A model generated the notes under the pieces. The model worked only from the letters and a program-made list of their open reading frames with translations, was not told the DNA's origin and ran no database searches. 43,626 nucleotides of DNA from the NCBI GenBank assembly GCA_036338025.1, contig JAYZDB010000201.1, forward strand, positions 1 to 43,626. Direction: 5' to 3'. The stretch is from Planctomycetota bacterium (lineage in GTDB: Bacteria; Planctomycetota; UBA1135; UBA2386). How positions within the stretch are numbered: the stretch's first letter is position 1; each line of letters starts with the position of its first letter. A program made the position numbers and the translations under genes. Below are positions 19,734-27,050 of this stretch, in pieces.

Positions 19734-22004
19734 ATGAAACGCACCTGGATCACTGCTGTCCTTGCGCTCGTCTTCGCCGTTGTCGTCCCGGCACAATCCG
19801 CCGAGGAGATCCGTTTCCGCCAAGGCCAGGCCAAGAAGCTCGTCGACCTCGGCTCGCGGGCCCTGAAGAAGGGCTTCCCGAACAAGGCCAAGATCATCTT
19901 CATGATGGTGCTCAACCTCTACGACGAAGATAACGCCGACGCCCACAAGGCACTTGGCCAGAAGAAGTCCGGGACTGCCTGGCTCGATGATCCGAACTTC
20001 AAGTACCCCAGGGTTGACAAGCCCTCGCCAGCAGCCGCTTCCGCGCTGCTGAAGGACACCGCGAAGACCTTCAAGCAGTTGGTCGACGGCCACTCGCGAA
20101 TGGCAAAGAAGTATCTGAAGGCCGGGCAGACCCCGCGGGCTCAGAATCACTATCGGATGATCCTGCGTTTCGCACCCGACAACGAAGAGGCCAGGAAGAA
20201 CCTGGAACTCGTACAGGTCGCTGACGGTCTATCGGGAACCTCGACCGAACAAGAGATCTACAAGCGCGGCCTGCACATCGCGGATGCCGTCAAACTCGAA
20301 GGGTCAAAGGACTACGTCGTCGAGAAACTGCCTGACACCAACCGCAACGCGATCCTCGATGGGGCCAACGTCGAGTACATCAGCGTCAAGTCAGAGCACT
20401 TCATACTGCGTGGTGATTACGAAGAAGCGATCCTCAAGGAAGCTGCCCTGTGGGCAGAGCGCGCCCTGCGGGTCGCGCAGGCTGCTTTCAGTGGTTACGA
20501 CGACATGTTCTTCAGCGATGTTGCGCAGTGGCCCATCAAGGAGTTCTCCTTCTTCCAATCCAAGGACACCTACAAGCAGATCATCCTCGCGCACCAGAGC
20601 AAGATCGGGAACAAGGAGCAGGTTGAGTTCCTGCTCGAATACACCTCCGGAACCACCCTCGGCAACATCGGGGTGTCGGCCACCAACAGCAAGAAGGGTG
20701 CGCTGGACGGGGCTGTCCGTCGGGTAGCCCGGATGTACTCGTCCATGGGACCAGCTGCCTTGAGTGAGGGCATCGGCCACACCTTCGTCGGCTTGCTACT
20801 GCGCAACAACCGCGCTTTCCTGGTCGATCGCAAGAAGCAGATCGGCACCCAAACCGATGAAGATGACATCGCGAAGTTCAGCCCCGACATGGACATGTGG
20901 GAAGAGCTCGCAGTCGAACAGGCCTGGAGCAAGACCACCCTGCCAGCGATCCGCCTGCCGCTGATCACCGCCGACAAGTTCGATGACAACATGCGGATCA
21001 AGTCCTGGTCGTTCTGCCACTACCTGATGTTGCGGGATCCGGCACTGCTTCGGCACCTGAGTCGAACCGGCCGGCTCAAGGACGTCGTCGCCATCGAGAA
21101 AGACTTCACCAAGAAGGCCGGCGTCAGCCTGGCGCAACTGGACAAGGAGTGGAAGGACTTCTTCACCGGCGCAACCCCGGTGATGCGGGCCATCCGCAAG
21201 CGCGAAGATCCGATGCTGTCGGTCAGCAAGGACGTGAAGAAGTGGCTCACCGCGTTCAACAAGGTCCGCACCAAGACCTTCCATTCCGCACCCGTCAACT
21301 GGAGCGCGCGATTTTCGACCCGTTGTCGGCATCACGCAGACTACCTGGCAAACAACAAGCTTGCCGGCCCTGAGCAAGAGCAACGACAGGATCCGCAACT
21401 GCCGGGTTCGACGCACGAAGGCAACATGTTCGCCCAGATGGCAATGGTCAGTTCCAACGCCAGGAATCCCAAGGCCGTCATCGAAGGGTGGATGAACTAT
21501 CCGGGCTACCGGGACCTGTTCTTCGTGAATACCCTGAAGACCATCGGGATCTACTCCGACAAGAAGACCCTGGTGCTCAACGTCGTGCAGGGCCTGATCG
21601 TGCCGCGCACCGGCAACTTCTACCTCTACCCCAAGCACGCGATGACCAAGGTCCCGGTGTCTATCAAGGTCGCAGACCTCGGCCCGGAGATGCTCAAGAT
21701 CCTCAAGCAGCACGGCCATGAAGGACTCAAGGAAGTCGGCTTCCCGATCTCCCTGCATTTTGGCAACAGTGGGCGGATGGGTGAACGCAAGTCATACCGA
21801 TGCAAGGTGATCGCCAACGGTCGTGATGGTATCGAGGGCTTCATCCATATCGCCGACGATGGCAGCCACCGTCGGACTTCGTCGCCCGGCCTGGTGGTGT
21901 TCTATCCGCTCAAGCCGATTCGGAAGGGTTCGACGGTCAAGGTGTCGTGGAGCTTCAAGCGCGGCAAGCGGATCGAGACTGTCGACGCGACCTACTATCA
22001 CTAG
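19734..22004 (+). CDS. secreted multidomain protein: signal peptide, TPR-like repeats, central uncharacterised domain, degenerate CAP/SCP-like domain, beta-rich tail
   Basis: 756 aa. The signal peptide is MKRTWITAVLALVFAVVVPAQSA. TPR-like helices include KKYLKAGQTPRAQNHYRMILRFAPDNEEARKNLE. A CAP-like block is RCRHHADYLANN...STHEGNMFAQ...VIEGWMNYPGYRDLFFVNTLKTIGIY. The protein is Lys-rich. Confidence 0.8.
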   Translation: MKRTWITAVLALVFAVVVPAQSAEEIRFRQGQAKKLVDLGSRALKKGFPNKAKIIFMMVLNLYDEDNADAHKALGQKKSGTAWLDDPNFKYPRVDKPSPAAASALLKDTAKTFKQLVDGHSRMAKKYLKAGQTPRAQNHYRMILRFAPDNEEARKNLELVQVADGLSGTSTEQEIYKRGLHIADAVKLEGSKDYVVEKLPDTNRNAILDGANVEYISVKSEHFILRGDYEEAILKEAALWAERALRVAQAAFSGYDDMFFSDVAQWPIKEFSFFQSKDTYKQIILAHQSKIGNKEQVEFLLEYTSGTTLGNIGVSATNSKKGALDGAVRRVARMYSSMGPAALSEGIGHTFVGLLLRNNRAFLVDRKKQIGTQTDEDDIAKFSPDMDMWEELAVEQAWSKTTLPAIRLPLITADKFDDNMRIKSWSFCHYLMLRDPALLRHLSRTGRLKDVVAIEKDFTKKAGVSLAQLDKEWKDFFTGATPVMRAIRKREDPMLSVSKDVKKWLTAFNKVRTKTFHSAPVNWSARFSTRCRHHADYLANNKLAGPEQEQRQDPQLPGSTHEGNMFAQMAMVSSNARNPKAVIEGWMNYPGYRDLFFVNTLKTIGIYSDKKTLVLNVVQGLIVPRTGNFYLYPKHAMTKVPVSIKVADLGPEMLKILKQHGHEGLKEVGFPISLHFGNSGRMGERKSYRCKVIANGRDGIEGFIHIADDGSHRRTSSPGLVVFYPLKPIRKGSTVKVSWSFKRGKRIETVDATYYH

Positions 22005-22017
22005 ACTGAAACTCCAG

Positions 22018-22878
22018 ATGAAAGTCTCCAGCTTCCTTATCGCCCTGCTCACCCTGTTCCTCGCCTCCCACCCGGCAGCCCAGATCGATCTGAAGGCGAT
22101 CCAGAAGAACATCGTCCCGGTCCAACTGGCGACCAAGACAGATGACAAGGGACTCCAACAATGGGATGAGTACCACCAGAACTGCCCAGCCTGCAAGACC
22201 AAGAAAATCCTGGAGTGCGGCAACTGCAAACACCTCGAAGAACCAAAACTGTGCCCCGAGTGCAAGACCACCCGCAAAGCACCTTGCCACTACTGTGCTG
22301 GTACCGGCAAGCTCGCCGACCCACTGAAAATCGCGCCCTGTCCGGGCTGTCAGGGGCACTCCGTGTTCATCTGCCATATGTGCGCCAACACCGGCCGGAT
22401 CAAGATTGCCGGAGGCGGCAAGAAGGGCGTGAAGTGCAACGTCTGCAAAGGCAACGGCGGTCGCGCCTGCACCGTGTGCAGCGGCAATCGCCAGATCCAA
22501 TCCTTGTTCAAGGGCAAGGTCGGCAGCACCGATCTCAAGAAACTCCGCAAGACCAGGTCCGCCATCGACAAACTGATCAAGGACGTGGTGAAATTTTCCG
22601 CTGTCGGCCAGAGCCGAATCGACCGCAAGAAATTCGCCGCCCTGTTCAAGAAGGCGAAACCCCACCTGCCGATGACCAAGAAGTTCCTGGCCCAGGTGGA
22701 TCAGCTCTCGAAAGCTCTCGACCAACCCCGGTTCAAGGGCAACGACCGCACCCAGATGGCCAGCATGGACCGTGTTCGGCGCTACCTTCTCCACTACCTC
22801 CTGCACCAGAACCAGGTTCTCGATGCTTGTATCAAACGGGCCGAGTTCAACGCGCAGGCCGTCAAGCCGGGCAAGTAG
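22018..22878 (+). CDS. secreted protein with eight CxxC motifs (DnaJ-type CxxCxGxG zinc-finger-like) and a Lys-rich helical C-terminus
   Basis: ATG at 22018 is 13 nt after the upstream stop. The signal peptide is MKVSSFLIALLTLFLASHPAAQ. The CxxC pairs are CPACK..CGNCK, CPECK..CHYCAGTGK, CPGCQGH..CHMCANTGR and CNVCKGNGG..CTVCSGNRQ. Confidence 0.8.
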   Translation: MKVSSFLIALLTLFLASHPAAQIDLKAIQKNIVPVQLATKTDDKGLQQWDEYHQNCPACKTKKILECGNCKHLEEPKLCPECKTTRKAPCHYCAGTGKLADPLKIAPCPGCQGHSVFICHMCANTGRIKIAGGGKKGVKCNVCKGNGGRACTVCSGNRQIQSLFKGKVGSTDLKKLRKTRSAIDKLIKDVVKFSAVGQSRIDRKKFAALFKKAKPHLPMTKKFLAQVDQLSKALDQPRFKGNDRTQMASMDRVRRYLLHYLLHQNQVLDACIKRAEFNAQAVKPGK

Positions 22879-22959
22879 GTCAGCCTGCTCCGCGTGCTCA
22901 TCGTGCCTCGCTACCTCAAATCGCCAGTCACCGCAGGCCGGGAGCCGGTTCGACTCACC

Positions 22960-25956
22960 ATGATCAATGCCATACGGCGGTGCTGCTGGTTCGCTGTGAT
23001 GTCGGCGGCCCTCCTGGGCCCAACCGCGGCCCAGACCCCGTCCAGCGCCCACTCCCTGGTCCGGGTTCCCAACCTGACCAAGGCCGAGCAGGCGAGGTTG
23101 CAGACCGTCAAGCGCCGCGCCCTCGACGCTGTCGGGCCAGCGGTCGTACACGTCATGGTCATGGTCGGCGGCATCCTGCGCATGCAACGCGACAGCACCG
23201 GTGTGGTGGTCACGCCGGACGGCCTGGTACTGACCAACTGGCGCCTGATCCGCGAAATGTCGCCGCGCAACGGCAAGAAGTCACGGCGCTCCTACTCACT
23301 CCAGGTCCGTACTGATAAGGGCGAAGAGCACCCCGCGAGCATCCTGGCCGTAAATCCCGACTACGACCTCGCACTTCTCAGGATCCAACGAAGCGACCGG
23401 GCGAAGATGCCCTACGCGAAACTGGGCGACAGCCACAAGATCCTGGCGGGCGAGACACTGCTGGTCTGCTCCCGACCCAACGAGAAGATCTACGCCAACT
23501 TCATTGGCGGCGCATCGGATTCGCAGGGCGACATCAAGATCGGCGAGCAGCGCATCGCCAAGGATGACATCCTGCTCTCAGACGTGAACATGAGGGTCTT
23601 CTCCGACGGCGCCCCGGTGTTCGACATCGCCGGCCGACTGCTTGCAATCGTCAATTCCGGCAAGGTCCGCGCGCCCCTGGGCAAGGACGCCACCGAGGCA
23701 GACAAGCTAGAACACGAGAAAGGCTACGGTTTCAGCATGCGGGTGCACGTGGCTCAAAGGCTGTTCCCGCAGCACCTCGGGAAACTCAAACCCACGTCCA
23801 TCCAATCGCCGTCGGTGGTCAAGGAGCGCGGCCTGTTATCCACCGGAGTCGCCAGGGTCAAAGATGCAATCGTGTCGGTGCGCCGCGCACGCGTCACCAA
23901 GATGCCGCGGCCGAGCCTGGTAGACCCGTACGGTAAGTTCGCACAGGATCCCTGTGGCTCTGGTGTGCTGGTTCATCGCAAGGGCATCGTGCTGACCAAC
24001 TCACACCTGGTCGGCGAGGGACCCGTATTGGTCACCCTCTTGAACGGCAAGACCTACAAGGGTTCGGTAGTCGCAAACCTGTCCGACAAGAACATCGCAG
24101 TAGTGAAACTCAAGGTGCCGACCAGCACCCGGCTTCCTAGCGTCGAGCTGGCCCGCTCCTCGGCGGGAATCCTCGGGGAACCGGTCGCCGCGGTCGGCAA
24201 TCGCTACGGGCACACACTCGGGGTCAAGATCGGTGTGTTGTCCTCACGCGAACGCAGCGGAGGTATCGGCAAGCAGCACAAGCGATCGATGGGACACCTG
24301 CAAACCGAGGCCAACATCTACCCCGGTAACACCGGCGGAGCACTGATCAACATTCACGGCCGACTGGTAGGGATCAATGACCTGAAGGCTGCGGTCGATC
24401 GTGCAGACCTCGAAAGTGCCGCCGCCCGGGCAGCCGAAAAGAAGGACATGACAATTGGCTTCGCTGTACCGATCGGTTGGATCGTCAACGAACTGCGGAC
24501 ACGACAGCCCACCATCGCCAAGGACCTCAAAGTACCGGACAAACACGCAACAGCTATTTCGTACAAGGATCGCGAGACCGTGGTCTCGAAGATTGTCGCG
24601 GCCCACGCCAACTGCTTCCTGAATGTCTTCGTCAAGACCGAGAAACTGCAGAAGAAAAAGACCGGCCTGCTGGCAGAACTGTTTCCAGAACCAGCCAACG
24701 ACGAGGATTTCCGCCTCCTGGGCCAGGGTTCAGGAGTGATCATCGATCCCTCCGGTCTGGCACTCACCAACTGGCATGTTGTGGATGCGGCGGTCTACCG
24801 GGATGGCTCGACTCGTAAAGACCACAAGGTGTTCGTCAGCTTGTCGAACGGCAAGCGTTACGAAGTCGAAGTGCTCAGCACCTCACGCAACGACGACCTG
24901 GCACTCCTACAGATCAAGAACCCCGAGCAAGACCCTCTGCAAGCCATCCGACTCGGTGACTCGGACGCCCTCAAGGTCGGCGATACCGCGATTGCTGTCG
25001 GCAACCCACATGGATTTGCCAGCTCCGTCACCGTCGGACTCGTGTCAGCCAAGAATCGGGACATCCTGATCAAAGGTCACGCCTTCATGGCCCGCGGCAT
25101 GATCCAGACCGACGCCGCCATCAATCCTGGGACCAGCGGCGGCGCGTTGATCGACCTGAATGGCTACCTGATCGGCATCAACAGCGCCGGCAACAGCATG
25201 GAAGCCAAGGTAGGGTTCGCGATCCCCGTCAACAAGGTCCGCCAACGCTTCAACGATACGCTGCTGGCCTCCGAAAAACTGCGCAGCGTCTACCTCGGCA
25301 TGGCGCTGGATATCAACGAGGCTGGCAAGGTCTTCGTCAAAAAGGTCCACGAATTCGGACCCGCCGTGGACGCCAAGATCCGAGTCGGCGACACCGTCAT
25401 CAAAGCCAAGGGGCAGCCAATCCACAACAAGCTCGAGTTCATCAAGCTGACCCGGGCTGCCGTTCCGGGACGACCATTCCCCGTCGTCGTGTCGCGCGAG
25501 GGCAAGACCAGGAAGTTCGTTCTCATCCCGGTGAGTGAAGCGGCCTGGTTCGTCTTCCGATACGCCGGATTCGCAGTCCGCGAAGTAAATCAGGCATCGC
25601 ACGCGAAACAGCTACAGCAGGCCGGCAGCGCCTCCTATCGCGAACTCACCGGCAACAAAGACGCTGGCTCCGACACCATGAAAAGTGGCCTGGTGGTCAC
25701 CCATGTCCACCCCGAGGCGATCGCCGCAGGAATGGACATCAAGCTCGGCGACATCGTGGTAGGCCTCAAGATGAGGGTAGTAGACATCCAACACGAACAC
25801 GGACGCAGCTACCTGGAGCAGATCACTGGACTCAAAGAGATGCAGGACTTCATTCGCCGCCAGTCGACGGTCAAAGGCCGGCAGATCGAACTCTGGGTCG
25901 CACGCCAAGACCAGGTCATCAAGGCCCAGGTGCTAGCCAAAAAACCCGCGAAATAG
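22960..25956 (+). CDS. HtrA/DegP-like protein with three tandem trypsin-fold domains and two PDZ-like domains
   Basis: ATG at 22960, or GTG at 22894. The signal peptide is MINAIRRCCWFAVMSAALLGPTAAQ. Three repeats follow the pattern G.GV...G..LTN.H.. / D.A.L / G.SGG. The C-terminal PDZ-like segments are YLGMALD...GDTVIKAKGQPI and GLVVTHV...LGDIVVGL. Confidence 0.85.
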   Translation: MINAIRRCCWFAVMSAALLGPTAAQTPSSAHSLVRVPNLTKAEQARLQTVKRRALDAVGPAVVHVMVMVGGILRMQRDSTGVVVTPDGLVLTNWRLIREMSPRNGKKSRRSYSLQVRTDKGEEHPASILAVNPDYDLALLRIQRSDRAKMPYAKLGDSHKILAGETLLVCSRPNEKIYANFIGGASDSQGDIKIGEQRIAKDDILLSDVNMRVFSDGAPVFDIAGRLLAIVNSGKVRAPLGKDATEADKLEHEKGYGFSMRVHVAQRLFPQHLGKLKPTSIQSPSVVKERGLLSTGVARVKDAIVSVRRARVTKMPRPSLVDPYGKFAQDPCGSGVLVHRKGIVLTNSHLVGEGPVLVTLLNGKTYKGSVVANLSDKNIAVVKLKVPTSTRLPSVELARSSAGILGEPVAAVGNRYGHTLGVKIGVLSSRERSGGIGKQHKRSMGHLQTEANIYPGNTGGALINIHGRLVGINDLKAAVDRADLESAAARAAEKKDMTIGFAVPIGWIVNELRTRQPTIAKDLKVPDKHATAISYKDRETVVSKIVAAHANCFLNVFVKTEKLQKKKTGLLAELFPEPANDEDFRLLGQGSGVIIDPSGLALTNWHVVDAAVYRDGSTRKDHKVFVSLSNGKRYEVEVLSTSRNDDLALLQIKNPEQDPLQAIRLGDSDALKVGDTAIAVGNPHGFASSVTVGLVSAKNRDILIKGHAFMARGMIQTDAAINPGTSGGALIDLNGYLIGINSAGNSMEAKVGFAIPVNKVRQRFNDTLLASEKLRSVYLGMALDINEAGKVFVKKVHEFGPAVDAKIRVGDTVIKAKGQPIHNKLEFIKLTRAAVPGRPFPVVVSREGKTRKFVLIPVSEAAWFVFRYAGFAVREVNQASHAKQLQQAGSASYRELTGNKDAGSDTMKSGLVVTHVHPEAIAAGMDIKLGDIVVGLKMRVVDIQHEHGRSYLEQITGLKEMQDFIRRQSTVKGRQIELWVARQDQVIKAQVLAKKPAK

Positions 25957-26036
25957 CTCTGAATGGCGCCCAAGCGGCGAACTTTGGCCCGCCGGCACTT
26001 GAGCCTTTGCCGTCCGCAGCGTACAGATTACATGCC

Positions 26037-26585
26037 ATGAACGTCCTCAGCATCCAACCGACTCCCAATCCCCTGGCCTACAAGTTCGTCGTCAACCAGG
26101 TCCTGCAGGCCGACGGTAGCCGCTACTACAACAACCCTGCCGAGGCAGCATCCGATCCTCTAGGCACCGCACTGTTCGCCATTCCCGGGGTGACCACGGT
26201 GTATTTCGCCCAGGACTTCGCGACCATAACCAGCGCCGAGGGCTCCAACATCGAGACCTTACACCAGCAAGTCGGCGAGGTGCTCAAGACCCACGAAGGT
26301 GGCACGAGCGCCCCAGCCACCGACAGCCCTTCGATGGTCGAAGCGGTGACTGATGACAGTGAGTTGCTCAACTCGATCAACGCCATGCTCGACGACCGGG
26401 TCCGGCCCGCCTTGGCCGGTGACGGTGGCGGCCTGCAGATCATCCGGCTCGAAAGCAAGGTACTGACGATCCAGTATGAAGGCGCCTGCGGTACCTGTCC
26501 CAGTTCGATCGCCGGCACCCTGGCTGCGATCCAGAACCTGCTGCAGAGCGAGGTCGACGAAGAGCTGAGCGTCGTCAGCGGCTAG
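26037..26585 (+). CDS. Nfu_N + NifU C-terminal domain Fe-S cluster scaffold/carrier
   Basis: ATG at 26037 lies within track ORF 26007..26585. The N-domain is LSIQPTPNPLAYKFVVN...IPGVTTVYFAQDFATIT. The C-domain is VRPALAGDGGGLQI...YEGACGTCPSS. Confidence 0.88.
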   Translation: MNVLSIQPTPNPLAYKFVVNQVLQADGSRYYNNPAEAASDPLGTALFAIPGVTTVYFAQDFATITSAEGSNIETLHQQVGEVLKTHEGGTSAPATDSPSMVEAVTDDSELLNSINAMLDDRVRPALAGDGGGLQIIRLESKVLTIQYEGACGTCPSSIAGTLAAIQNLLQSEVDEELSVVSG

Positions 26586-26647
26586 GCGGTCTACGCCCGA
26601 GCCTTGCACCAATTCCTCCTCCTGGAGCGGAGGCTCCAGCAACCACC

Positions 26648-27019
26648 GTGTCTTCGGAGCGGCCATTCCCGTTCGAATTCCGATGCCAGCGATCGGGCAA
26701 CTGCTGCTCGATTCCCGGTGGCGTGGTACGCGTCAGCCCCGAGGACATCGAAGCGATCGCGGATCACCTCGGCATGACGGTGGAGGCGACAAGATCCCGC
26801 TACCTGTCTGCCAGCGGTGAGCGACTCGCCGAAGGGCTATCGAGCCGCTGCGTGTTCCTGGAGGGCAGCCGTCAAACCAGTTGCGGGATCTACCCCGTGC
26901 GACCCGAAAAATGTCGGACCTGGCCGTATTGGCCCGAGTTGTTGGACAACCCCGAAGGCCTGCAGCGGGCGGCGGCCCTGTGTCCGGGAATCGTCCCAGG
27001 CCACCACGCCGGATCCTAG
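26648..27019 (+). CDS. YkgJ-family (UPF0153) cysteine-cluster protein
   Basis: 123 aa with a GTG start. Contains FRCQRSGNCCS (CxxxxxCC) and CVFL...CGIYPVRPEKCRTWPYWP. Confidence 0.78.
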   Translation: MSSERPFPFEFRCQRSGNCCSIPGGVVRVSPEDIEAIADHLGMTVEATRSRYLSASGERLAEGLSSRCVFLEGSRQTSCGIYPVRPEKCRTWPYWPELLDNPEGLQRAAALCPGIVPGHHAGS

Positions 27020-27050
27020 CAACCCCTACCGCGCCAGCCTGCCCGCAGAC

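Noticed and set aside
21955-23187. 410-aa minus-strand ORF spanning the junctions of the secreted trio
   Set aside because: It crosses two plus-strand gene boundaries, is rich in G/A/L/D/R, and has no motifs. It looks like a shadow ORF.
19734-25956. Calling the secreted trio a horizontally acquired island on the basis of lower GC
   Set aside because: My spot counts of single 60-nt lines gave 52-63% GC here against 73% in the beta-barrel gene. However, a pheT line gave 58%, so the difference lies within the window's normal range. It is largely explained by the Lys-rich protein composition. There are no flanking repeats, integrase or tRNA.
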